DNA of 34,384 nt, from the IMG/VR virus record IMGVR_UViG_3300037501_000104, positions 1 through 34,384 of that record; one strand, 5' to 3'. Both the position numbers and the translations under genes were made by a program. The notes under the pieces are model-generated. The model was not told the DNA's origin. It was given only the letters and a program-made list of their open reading frames with translations, and did no database searches. The DNA comes from a virus (Duplodnaviria; Caudoviricetes). This document shows positions 9,508 through 17,973 of the stretch, in pieces. How positions within the stretch are numbered: position 1 is the first letter of the stretch; each line of letters begins with the position of its first letter.

Positions 9508-11324
9508 GTACGATTCCAGAGGTTGTTATTTTTCCGGTCAAAATAGGAATTACCGGATATAATCCTATGAAAGATAGTGTCTTTGCCTCCCTATATGTTT
9601 CGGGCAGTAGCGTCAGTTATTGGGTAAATCGGGCGGGCGTGCTTAGTTTTGATGGGGGTGATGTAGCATTGCTTGGTTTTGCTGTTGCAACAAAAGGAAT
9701 GCAGCAATTGGCTGGAAACTCAAGAATTTCTTTTGAGGTTAGCAAAAACGGCTCGTCATCTTATTTTGAATCTGCATCCCTGTATGGGAGCAGTAGTGGG
9801 TTTGATACTGTCGAAATACGCGAATATCAACAAGTTGTTAGTAATCCTAAAGGAGTTGCCTTTTCCCCTGGGCCAGAATCTATCGCCTTCATTGGAAGTG
9901 ATTTTGTAGCTTACTCGCCAGAGAATGCATACGGATATAAACAGTCCCCCAATGTTAAGGGCTTTAAGCTGGGATCACTAAATGCCAAAGGCTTAAGAAT
10001 GCCGAACGGCGATCTTGTTCAGGGATTTACGGATAGCGATGTTGCAGCAGTTTATTTGGTTGGTCCTGGGAAGGTGCCGTACGTTTTAGTGGCGACTAGC
10101 GAAAATATTGACGATCTTAATAAGAACACTGGTTCATGGCCGAACAAGATTGGGATTCCGATAGTTTTTTATTTTGATTTCAAATTGGGAGATTCGGTCA
10201 AGGCTCGTGCTACGCTTTCAAGTCTTGAAACGGGAGAAGAGGAGGCGCCAGTTTATTCTGATGCAACGCTTGAATTAACAGCTCCAAATATCGCGCAAAA
10301 AACTACAGAACCTTTTCTGGTGACAAAAGGATTTGTTAGCGCCATTGAAAGTACCAAGTCAGAAGAGGGTGCGAGTGTTGACAGCGTAACATACAACGTA
10401 TTTGTAGAGCCTACTTTACCAGAAAAACAACTGGGGAAATCAGTATATTATCGCTACGATGATGGCGAACTAAAACTGGGTTCTGGTTTTGATTTCCCAA
10501 ATGTTACGAAAGTAAATTCTGGTTCGTCCATCCTGTATTCGCATGAAATGGAACCTTCTCCTAAAGAATCGGCTGACATTAGTTTTCATGTGTTCACGCT
10601 TGATATAAATGGAAAGTTAAGGCCTCCCTATGTCCCAAGGTTTGGGTCAACAGGATTGCCGTATATTACGATCCGCAAGCCCGTCGATTGCCCGGAACCT
10701 AAAAACTTGCGGGCGGTAACGCCTGTTGCAGGTACTGGATGGGCGACATACGCAGGGACGAACCCGTTTATTGCGTGGGATACGGACGGCATGTCTGCTT
10801 TTGATGTTCACATCACGGCCACAAGTCCGACCTACGAAGGTGGCGCAAAGGCCGTCACCATCACGGAAAACCTTCTGGCTGTGACGGGATATTGTTCACT
10901 GAAACCGTTACAAGAGGCTTTGCGAGACGCGGCGGTGCGTACCTGGACGGTGACAGTCAAGACGATTGCCAACACGGGAGAGGAATCCGATCCGGTATCG
11001 CTAACGATCCCAATTCACAGCCTTGGCCCCGCGCCTGCGCCGATTCCTGATCCCGACCTTGCCACCGTAGTGCGGGCAAAAGACGCCAATGAACTGGCGG
11101 GGCTGTTGTCTGGCATGGTATCGGACGTGTCGAAAGAGGAAGCCGTTAAGGTTTTGCAAGCACTGGCAACGGTCATGCGTTTTCAGGCCAAAAACGGCCT
11201 AGACGTTACCATTCCTGGGATTGGCAAGGTCTTTACGCGGTGGAATAAAGAGAAAACCCGCCGCCGGTGTTACATGGCGCCGTCGAAACGGTTGCAGCAC
11301 GAAGCAAAAATCACGACCGATTAA
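9504..11324 (+). CDS. Beta-rich/FN3-like protein with C-terminal HU/IHF-like domain
   Basis: GGAGG RBS; FN3-like segment (PEPKNL...IAWD...WTVTVKTIANTGEESDPVSLT), PAPAPIPDP linker, then HU-like ELAGLLS..VSKEEAVKVLQAL....KNGLDVTIPGIGKV...MAPSKRL. Confidence 0.65.
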   Translation: MSTIPEVVIFPVKIGITGYNPMKDSVFASLYVSGSSVSYWVNRAGVLSFDGGDVALLGFAVATKGMQQLAGNSRISFEVSKNGSSSYFESASLYGSSSGFDTVEIREYQQVVSNPKGVAFSPGPESIAFIGSDFVAYSPENAYGYKQSPNVKGFKLGSLNAKGLRMPNGDLVQGFTDSDVAAVYLVGPGKVPYVLVATSENIDDLNKNTGSWPNKIGIPIVFYFDFKLGDSVKARATLSSLETGEEEAPVYSDATLELTAPNIAQKTTEPFLVTKGFVSAIESTKSEEGASVDSVTYNVFVEPTLPEKQLGKSVYYRYDDGELKLGSGFDFPNVTKVNSGSSILYSHEMEPSPKESADISFHVFTLDINGKLRPPYVPRFGSTGLPYITIRKPVDCPEPKNLRAVTPVAGTGWATYAGTNPFIAWDTDGMSAFDVHITATSPTYEGGAKAVTITENLLAVTGYCSLKPLQEALRDAAVRTWTVTVKTIANTGEESDPVSLTIPIHSLGPAPAPIPDPDLATVVRAKDANELAGLLSGMVSDVSKEEAVKVLQALATVMRFQAKNGLDVTIPGIGKVFTRWNKEKTRRRCYMAPSKRLQHEAKITTD

Positions 11325-11325
11325 C

Positions 11326-11416
11326 GGGATGATTTGGCGCGTGTTCGTTACAAGGAGAACGTTCGAGCTAGCTTTGTTTTAGGCCCGAACTTCACCTATT
11401 TCCCTGATGTAGTCCC
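11326..11416 (+). other. Candidate structured intergenic RNA
   Basis: Imperfect hairpin 11353-11397 (AGG/CCT, GAA/TTC, GTTCG/CGAAC), possibly closed by GGGAT/GTCCC. Confidence 0.35.
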
Positions 11417-11447
11417 AATATTTTCAATTATTTGTAAGGAGTTAAAA

Positions 11448-12191
11448 ATGTCTGACGCATGTTTGGTAGAACGTTATCCCGCAGAGTACCTTATCACACC
11501 CGGTACGATTGATGAAACCTTTTTCACGCCGGAGTTTGTTTCTCGCATTGTAAACGCAGAAAGCAAACTAACAAACATCGAAAACGTCATGAGTACCGAT
11601 TCTGAAACTCTGGCAGTTATGAATCAGTTAATCCAATCTTTTAAGGCGGCGGACACAGCATTGGACGGCGAGTTGCGTGCATTGATTCGCTCCGCTACGG
11701 AGGCGCTTGAGGCGGAAGTTACACGTGCGACCGGTGCTGAGACCAGTTTGCAGACTGCCTTAAATTCGTTCAAGGGCGAGTTCGATTCCAAAATTGCCAC
11801 AGAAAAGAGCCGTGCAGAGAGTGCAGAAGATCAGTTAGGCCGTGCTATTACATCCGAAAAGCAGGCGCTCATGCAGGCGGTTGCTGATGAAAACGCCCGC
11901 GCCGTTGCAGCAGAGGCTGTATTGCTTGGCAAAGCGACCAGCACGCAAATTTTGCGCGAGCCCGATTTGGTACAGCAGGTTCTGGGTGCCCCCATTAACG
12001 GCTCTGATAACGTGTATCGTCTTGATTATCCCCCCCGTCCCAATAGTGCAATCCTTTATGTTGGTGATCGTGTTGCGCGTCCTGAGTCTTACGTGGTTAG
12101 CGCGGATACCATCACGCTTTCTTGCAAACCCGTCACCTCCGATGTGGTGCTGTATGTGGAATATATGAAAACCACGCCGGTTGCGGCCTAA
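11448..12191 (+). CDS. Coiled-coil fibre-like virion protein, paralog 1
   Basis: AAGGAG RBS before ATG 11448, preferred to TTG 11334 because it aligns with paralog 2; E-x-x-RA-x-x-AE repeats; C-terminal beta domain (YRLDYPPRPNS..LYVGDR...SYVVS..TITL). Confidence 0.7.
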   Translation: MSDACLVERYPAEYLITPGTIDETFFTPEFVSRIVNAESKLTNIENVMSTDSETLAVMNQLIQSFKAADTALDGELRALIRSATEALEAEVTRATGAETSLQTALNSFKGEFDSKIATEKSRAESAEDQLGRAITSEKQALMQAVADENARAVAAEAVLLGKATSTQILREPDLVQQVLGAPINGSDNVYRLDYPPRPNSAILYVGDRVARPESYVVSADTITLSCKPVTSDVVLYVEYMKTTPVAA

Positions 12192-12212
12192 TCTGAGGTA
12201 AGGAGCAATAAA

Positions 12213-12944
12213 ATGACACAATGCGCTCTTACGCAATACCCCGCAAGCCACCTTTTTATTCCCGGTACTTTTGGGGAGACCCTGTTTACGCAGGCTTTTC
12301 TTGATCGTGTTGCGGCAATTGAAACTCGGATTGCGACAATCTATTCCTCTTTATCCACAGACGAAGAGACTGCGGCCATGGCGGGCAATGTTACCAGCCA
12401 ATTCGTTAATGGTGATCGTGATCTAAAAGCAACCTTAACGGCCCTTGCAACCCAGGTGAAGGACGGTGTGACTGCCGAGAAGACCCGCGCAGAAGGTGCG
12501 GAGGCTGCTATTGACCAGGCTGCTACCGACGCGACAATTTTAATGCGCGATAAGATCTTGACTGAGCAGTTGCGCGCCACTGGAGCTGAGGCGGGATTAA
12601 ATGACAACCTGCGTGCCATGCACGATGCTGTCTCCGGTGCTACCACGGACGAGCGCGCCCGCGCCGTTGGTATGGAAGGACAGATCACGGCTGTTATTGA
12701 TTCCATGAACATCCTTGAGGAGCCAGACCTGTACCGCCAGAAGCTCTTGAGCTACACCACTAACGCAGACGGTATGAGAGTTTATACGCTGGACTACGAG
12801 GCGCGGCCTAATAGCTTGACGCTGTACATTGGTGATCGAATTGCTAACTTCGGCTCTTACGTCGTAAGTGGCACTACGCTCACGATGTTGTGTCGCTTGC
12901 CGGATAATATGGGCGTTTGGGTTTATTACCTGAAACGCAGCTAA
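12213..12944 (+). CDS. Coiled-coil fibre-like virion protein, paralog 2
   Basis: AAGGAG RBS; colinear with paralog 1 (YPA..L..PGT..ET.FT, LSTD.ET.A, RA.GAE repeats, EPDL, LDY..RPNS..LY.GDR). Confidence 0.7.
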   Translation: MTQCALTQYPASHLFIPGTFGETLFTQAFLDRVAAIETRIATIYSSLSTDEETAAMAGNVTSQFVNGDRDLKATLTALATQVKDGVTAEKTRAEGAEAAIDQAATDATILMRDKILTEQLRATGAEAGLNDNLRAMHDAVSGATTDERARAVGMEGQITAVIDSMNILEEPDLYRQKLLSYTTNADGMRVYTLDYEARPNSLTLYIGDRIANFGSYVVSGTTLTMLCRLPDNMGVWVYYLKRS

Positions 12945-12950
12945 ACAACG

Positions 12951-12979
12951 GGGGGCTTCGGCCCCCTTCATTCTATTTT
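12951..12979 (+). terminator. Intrinsic terminator-like hairpin with cUUCGg tetraloop
   Basis: GGGGGC-TTCG-GCCCCC followed by TTCATTCTATTTT; the interrupted U-tract suggests it is leaky. Confidence 0.7.
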
Positions 12980-12991
12980 AAGGAGTAAGAA

Positions 12992-14527
12992 ATGCCGAAA
13001 TTATACAAATTTGATCATAGTAGCGGATTTTCATCAGCAACGCCGGAGTTTGCTGCAGGAATTTTTATGAGCCATGCCCCGGAAGGGCCGAGAGTTCATA
13101 CCAATAACCAACCAACGATGAAGCAGTGTGCCGCATTGATGCCATATTACTTCCAAGAAAACGGTGATTACCGAACAATCACTCGTTATGTGGGAGGTGG
13201 AGGGGATTGGGGACAGCTTGGCGTAATGGTTTACGGATCAGAAGGAGGAAACGCCACAACCCAAAACTATTTTTCTATTAGCGATACGAGAAAAGTAATT
13301 TTAACAAGAGTTGGTTTTGCAGATTATTACAACGGAAGAAGCGTAGATTTTTCGACGGGATTTCAGAAAAACGTCAATGGTAACTGGATTGATGTTACTG
13401 CAACGCCGATTGACGCGGCAACTGCCCCGGGAAATTTAATGCTTACGCGGGTGGATAATACGAATGTTCGTTTGACCGGGTATGTTATGCACGCGAAAGA
13501 GTGGCCATTCCGGCTCAGGGTTTATTCCTCTGTTCGCGGGTGGTATTTCATTGATTTTTCCGCAGGCGGTTCGATAGCGCCAACCGGATATTATAATTGC
13601 AGGGCATCTTACGATCCGCGTCCTGATATGGCTGGTCATCCATCCTACATCAGTAGTTGTGGCCCGGGTCTTTACCTCATAAAAGATATAGATATTCTGA
13701 TCCCGTGTGAGATTGGCGAGAAAATCCGCGTATTGGGTGACATGCCCAATAGCGGTGGAGATCCATTTACGACATTCGTATACAAGGCGTTCTGGCCGAC
13801 TATTGACGTAGCGCAAGCTGATGGCGGTTCCAATATTTACACGCATGTTGGGTTATTTAATAGCTTTTCTACCCGGAACAGCAGCATTCGCTACGGGAAG
13901 CCGGTAGAGCTGCTTTATTCTTCATCTGAACCCGTGATGGTTGGTGGAAACACATATCCCGCGAACAATGACGGAGTTATCACGTTATATCCCGATCGCA
14001 CCACAACCTACACGGCGGTGAGCGGCGGCACGACAAAGACGGCAACGGTTAACGTGGTTGCACTTGCGAGTGTTTCAACTGACAGGACTGCGATTGTTGA
14101 AGGCGATCACGTCACGCTTTCATGGGATAGCGACGGGATGCCTGTAAATATTAACGGAACGCAATACAATGGCGCGTCTGCTATGTTTACACCAACGACG
14201 ACAACCCGTTACGACGTAAGCTGCGGGGCCGATACACGATCTGTGACTGTTGACGTGACGGGAATCAAACAACTGATTGTTGACAAGCCTGTGATTACCT
14301 TCACGGATACCGCGACCATCACCTGGGATACGGAAAATGCGGACTACGTAAAATTGAACGCCAATCCCGTGCCTGACACCGGTTCGATAACGGTTGCCCC
14401 CCGCAAGGACGGCGTACATGAATACGTGCTGGAGGTAGGGAAGGTCGGTGTAGGTTCCGTCACAAAGATTTTACCCGTGACGTATGTTTGCAGCAATTGC
14501 TGCGGGGACAAAGCTGATACTACCTAA
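12992..14527 (+). CDS. Beta-rich protein with three C-terminal Ig/PKD-like repeats (putative virion adhesin or decoration)
   Basis: AAGGAG RBS; repeated I..GD.VTLSW...P..TTTY...T.TV.V pattern; ends CSNCCGDK. Confidence 0.6.
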   Translation: MPKLYKFDHSSGFSSATPEFAAGIFMSHAPEGPRVHTNNQPTMKQCAALMPYYFQENGDYRTITRYVGGGGDWGQLGVMVYGSEGGNATTQNYFSISDTRKVILTRVGFADYYNGRSVDFSTGFQKNVNGNWIDVTATPIDAATAPGNLMLTRVDNTNVRLTGYVMHAKEWPFRLRVYSSVRGWYFIDFSAGGSIAPTGYYNCRASYDPRPDMAGHPSYISSCGPGLYLIKDIDILIPCEIGEKIRVLGDMPNSGGDPFTTFVYKAFWPTIDVAQADGGSNIYTHVGLFNSFSTRNSSIRYGKPVELLYSSSEPVMVGGNTYPANNDGVITLYPDRTTTYTAVSGGTTKTATVNVVALASVSTDRTAIVEGDHVTLSWDSDGMPVNINGTQYNGASAMFTPTTTTRYDVSCGADTRSVTVDVTGIKQLIVDKPVITFTDTATITWDTENADYVKLNANPVPDTGSITVAPRKDGVHEYVLEVGKVGVGSVTKILPVTYVCSNCCGDKADTT

Positions 14528-14543
14528 AATGAGAATCCCAAAT

Positions 14544-14565
14544 GCGCGGGAAGGGACGCCCGCGC
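14544..14565 (+). other. Intergenic GC-rich hairpin before the methyltransferase
   Basis: GCGCGGG-AAGGGACG-CCCGCGC; no U-tract. Confidence 0.5.
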
Positions 14566-14576
14566 TAGGGGCTTAA

Positions 14577-15296
14577 ATGCCAGATATCGACGTTTTCAAA
14601 ACAGGCGATTGCACCTTATATCACGGGGATTGGCGTGAGGTCGTGGTGCAATATCCTGAAATTCAGAAAGAAATCGGCGCGGTTATTACAGACCCGCCGT
14701 ATGGGATTGGGACTGTTTTTAGCAAGTCACATCAAGATTCACCTATTCTCGTACCGAACGCAAACAAGCCAGTCTACGGGGACGATAAACCGTTTGATCC
14801 AGGGCCGATTTTGGAGTTTGCAAGGGACAGAAAAAAAGGAGGCCTTTTACTACTACTACCAATGGTTTTATTTGGCGCCAATCACTATCTACAACGCCTG
14901 CCGTCCGAGGGGTCGTTGTTTTGTTGGGATAAATCCTGTGGAAAGGGGCCTGCGACACCGTTTGTTGACGCTGAATTTGCATGGTCTAGCCGGAAAAATA
15001 GTCGTAATATTTTCCGGTTTTTATGGCGTGGTGCCGTAAGACAAGGGGAGTATGGCCCAAGCCGCTACAAGCGGCAACATCCCACGGAAAAGCCGCCTGA
15101 GCTGATGATTTGGAGCATGGATTATGCTCGGGTAGGTTCGGATGCAACGGTTTTTGATCCCTACATGGGTGTTTCCCCGGTTGGTGTTGCCTGTATTAAA
15201 ACGGGGCGGCGCTATATTGGTATTGAAATAGAACGCAGGTACTTTGATATTGCTTGCAAAAGGCTAGAAAATGAATACGCGAAACAAGCCGCCTAA
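14577..15296 (+). CDS. DNA N6-adenine/N4-cytosine methyltransferase (beta class)
   Basis: LYHGD, catalytic TDPPY, HPTEKP, FDPYMG (variant motif I), YIGIEIERRYF. Confidence 0.9.
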   Translation: MPDIDVFKTGDCTLYHGDWREVVVQYPEIQKEIGAVITDPPYGIGTVFSKSHQDSPILVPNANKPVYGDDKPFDPGPILEFARDRKKGGLLLLLPMVLFGANHYLQRLPSEGSLFCWDKSCGKGPATPFVDAEFAWSSRKNSRNIFRFLWRGAVRQGEYGPSRYKRQHPTEKPPELMIWSMDYARVGSDATVFDPYMGVSPVGVACIKTGRRYIGIEIERRYFDIACKRLENEYAKQAA

Positions 15297-15786
15297 AACG
15301 AGTTTTTTTGCAGTGATTCTGTTATTGGTGATAGCGGCGCTTTTCCTGGCCTCGGCGGCTAATGCCGCAGAAATTTCCGGCGTTGTTGTGAAGGTTCACG
15401 ACGGGGACACAGTAAATATTCAAGACGATGGCGGCACGATTTACAAGGTGCGTCTGGCAGAAATTGACGCGCCGGAACTGGCGCAACCCTTTGGAAAAGA
15501 GTCGCGGGATTCTTTGGCAGATATGCTTAAATTCAAGACGGTGAAGCTGGACTACGATAGCCGCGACCAATACGGGCGGGTTATTGGACGTATTACATTG
15601 GACGGGGTGGACGTAAACACCGCCGCCGTGCGCAAGGGATTGGCCTGGTTTTATCCCGCATACGGAAAAGACCAGGCCATAAAACAGGTGGAGGAGATTG
15701 CGCGGGCATTGGAGGCAGGACTTTGGGCCGATCCGAACCCGGTGCCACCTTGGGAATATCGCAAAAATAAGAAAAGAGGAAAATAA
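15271..15786 (+). CDS. Secreted thermonuclease (SNase family) 1
   Basis: Signal peptide ending ANA-AE; VHDGDT, VRLAEIDAPE, DQYGR, GLAW, GLW..P..PWEYR. Confidence 0.92.
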   Translation: MNTRNKPPKTSFFAVILLLVIAALFLASAANAAEISGVVVKVHDGDTVNIQDDGGTIYKVRLAEIDAPELAQPFGKESRDSLADMLKFKTVKLDYDSRDQYGRVIGRITLDGVDVNTAAVRKGLAWFYPAYGKDQAIKQVEEIARALEAGLWADPNPVPPWEYRKNKKRGK

Positions 15787-15787
15787 A

Positions 15788-16267
15788 ATGCCTATCACAA
15801 GAGCACCATTGGTAAACATCGGCGGGGTATTATCCGAACTGCCAAAAACAGAAGTGTTGCAAGGTTTTCCCATGGAGGGCACCAACGTGATGACGAGCGC
15901 GAACGGGGCCGGGGTTGCAATCAAAAAGGGTATGGCGGCGAATGTCGATTCGGCTGGGAAGTTGCGACTGTCGAATGCTTCTGATGCTAATGCCTACAAT
16001 GTTTTAGGACTGGCGTCTTCTGACATCGCGGTGGACGGCATGGGGTCGATCATGTTGGAGGGGATCATGGAAAAAGCCGACTGGACGGACGTTGCGGGCA
16101 CAACTGCCTTGACGCCGGGGGCTTTCTATTTTCTATCCGCCACCACTGCCGGGATGATTAGTACAGACCAGCCGGATACGGGTTACTCCGTCCGATTAGG
16201 GGTTGCGCTCGGCACGACGAAATTAAAGCTGACCTTGCCGCCCCAGGTGATTAAGTTGGCAGAGTAA
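15788..16267 (+). CDS. Virion structural protein (cement/head-fibre-like fold)
   Basis: GAGGA RBS before ATG 15788; I..G.A..V...G.L..S.A.D....VLGLA and L.PGAFYFLS....G.I....P.TGY..RLG.A patterns typical of phage structural proteins. Confidence 0.6.
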   Translation: MPITRAPLVNIGGVLSELPKTEVLQGFPMEGTNVMTSANGAGVAIKKGMAANVDSAGKLRLSNASDANAYNVLGLASSDIAVDGMGSIMLEGIMEKADWTDVAGTTALTPGAFYFLSATTAGMISTDQPDTGYSVRLGVALGTTKLKLTLPPQVIKLAE

Positions 16268-16269
16268 CC

Positions 16270-16707
16270 ATGCACTTTGAACTCGAGAAGCTCATAACAG
16301 ACCGACTGAAAACGATCACTGAACTAAAGGACGTTATCACTTGGTCTGCTTTTGGGACTATCGACAAGAATCCGCCGCAGGTCACCCCCGTTGCGTGCGT
16401 TCTCTATCACCGCGAGACGGTGGAGCAGACGGGCGCAAGGGGGACGCACCGGGTGGAGCAGTCCTGGGATGTGCTGTTAATTATTAGGAATAGCACCAAC
16501 GCCGCCCACGACAAGACGAGAGACGAGGCCGGGGTCGTTTTGCAAGGAATGATTAAATCATTAAGTGGTTACACACCAGAAAGCGAAACGGGCACCGCTT
16601 ATTCCCGCCTGGTGAGGGCAACCGCAAGGGATGCTGAATATTATGGGAATATTGCTATTTTCCCTCTACGGTTTTTATGTAGTTTTGTTATTTCGGCTAT
16701 TAACTGA
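16270..16707 (+). CDS. Tail terminator-like protein (Mu gp37-like)
   Basis: LE..I..RLK, TP.A.V.Y, EQ.W.V....RN, ..L.GY.P, FPLRF pattern. Confidence 0.7.
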   Translation: MHFELEKLITDRLKTITELKDVITWSAFGTIDKNPPQVTPVACVLYHRETVEQTGARGTHRVEQSWDVLLIIRNSTNAAHDKTRDEAGVVLQGMIKSLSGYTPESETGTAYSRLVRATARDAEYYGNIAIFPLRFLCSFVISAIN

Positions 16708-17582
16708 TGAATGAGAACAGCGAGCTGAGTAGCGGGCGGGTTTTGATTGTCCCCATTGGTGAGCTAAAACCAAGGGACGGTCGAACTTCGCTGGATATTA
16801 CCGACGAAAGCGCAGTGACTATCATCAAAAATACAAAGGCCCGTGCAGGCGGTGTCCCGCTGATGATCGACTATGAACATCAGAGCTTGCACACTCATGA
16901 AAACGGGCAACCTGCCCCCGCTGCCGGACGATTTACAGAGCTTGAGCTCGAGCCTGGCGTAGGGATTTTTGCCATTGGCGTGGAATGGACGGAGCGGGCA
17001 AAGGAATACATCAGTACTGGGGAATACGGACATATTTCCCCTGTCTTGGGATTGGACAAAAGCGGAAAAAAGGTTGTCGAAATATTGGGGGCAGCCCTAA
17101 CAAATACTCCGGCATTAAACATGCCGCTCGTTAAGTTGTCCGTTTATTATGGAAAAGGTAAAAACATGGAAAAGGTAGCAGAAGCGCTAGGGTTGCAACC
17201 AGACGCAACAGAAGACGATATTTTACAGGCGGTTTTGTCTTTGATAAAAGAAAGGGAAACCTCAGTAAATTCTATTTCATTGGAGGCCTTTGATGCTGTG
17301 AAGTCGGAGCTTGCCGCCCTAAAGTCAGAAGTGGCAAAGGAAAAGATTATCTCTCTTGTGAATAATGGCCTGAAAAGCGGGAAAATCGTCCCCGCTCAGA
17401 AAGAATGGGCCGAAAATCTTGGGATGTTTAATCTAAAAATGCTACAGGACTACATTGAAAAGGCGCAGCCCGTTGTGCCTTTGTCCATGCAATCTGATAC
17501 TGCCAAACAGCCCGACGAAAACGCCGCCGCCAAGTCGCATATTTGGAAGGTTTTGGGATTAAAGGAGACTGACAATGCCTAA
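16707..17582 (+). CDS. Prohead protease, Mu gpI family, with probable nested scaffold (gpZ-like) start at 17166
   Basis: IDYEHQS, PAPAAG, VEWTERA..I..GEY..ISPV, AALTN.PAL; internal in-frame ATG 17166 after GGAAAAGG begins a helical C-terminal region. Confidence 0.92.
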   Translation: MNENSELSSGRVLIVPIGELKPRDGRTSLDITDESAVTIIKNTKARAGGVPLMIDYEHQSLHTHENGQPAPAAGRFTELELEPGVGIFAIGVEWTERAKEYISTGEYGHISPVLGLDKSGKKVVEILGAALTNTPALNMPLVKLSVYYGKGKNMEKVAEALGLQPDATEDDILQAVLSLIKERETSVNSISLEAFDAVKSELAALKSEVAKEKIISLVNNGLKSGKIVPAQKEWAENLGMFNLKMLQDYIEKAQPVVPLSMQSDTAKQPDENAAAKSHIWKVLGLKETDNA

Positions 17583-17961
17583 TCTGACAGAAGAACGGGA
17601 TACAAAAACAAGGGATGGGAAAATGCTCACATTCCCTGTTTCTCCAACGACAACGTTATACAAAGGTGGGATGGTTGCAATCAGTCAAACGACGGGGACG
17701 GTCGTCCCAGCCGGGGAAAACAAAGACGATAAGGTTATTGGCATGCTTTCGCGCGTCGATTATGAAGCGGGGCTGGCAGTCATCTTGCGCGGCACGTATC
17801 TCATGAACAATGCCGACGGATTGATTGCCGTCACCTTGAAAGACGTGGGAAAAAAATGCAGTGTTTTTGATGACAACACGGTATGCAAATACGATGCTAC
17901 TAGGGCGGAGGCAGGGGTGCTTATCGACGTTGACGATTCTGGCGCATGGGTTACTTTTTAG
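17575..17961 (+). CDS. Capsid cement/decoration protein
   Basis: L...R.T..R.G, Y.G.MV, DVGK.C...DD.TV, G..IDVD..G.WV; lies between protease and major head gene as in Mu-like phages. Confidence 0.75.
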   Translation: MPNLTEERDTKTRDGKMLTFPVSPTTTLYKGGMVAISQTTGTVVPAGENKDDKVIGMLSRVDYEAGLAVILRGTYLMNNADGLIAVTLKDVGKKCSVFDDNTVCKYDATRAEAGVLIDVDDSGAWVTF

Positions 17962-17973
17962 GGAGAGCATAAA

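Noticed and set aside
11448-12944. Diversity-generating retroelement template/variable repeats or invertible fibre cassette
   Set aside because: Similarity is protein-level only, both genes are co-oriented, and no reverse transcriptase or invertase is present
14577-15786. Methyltransferase plus nuclease as a restriction-modification pair
   Set aside because: The nuclease is a non-specific SNase with an export signal, not a cognate restriction enzyme
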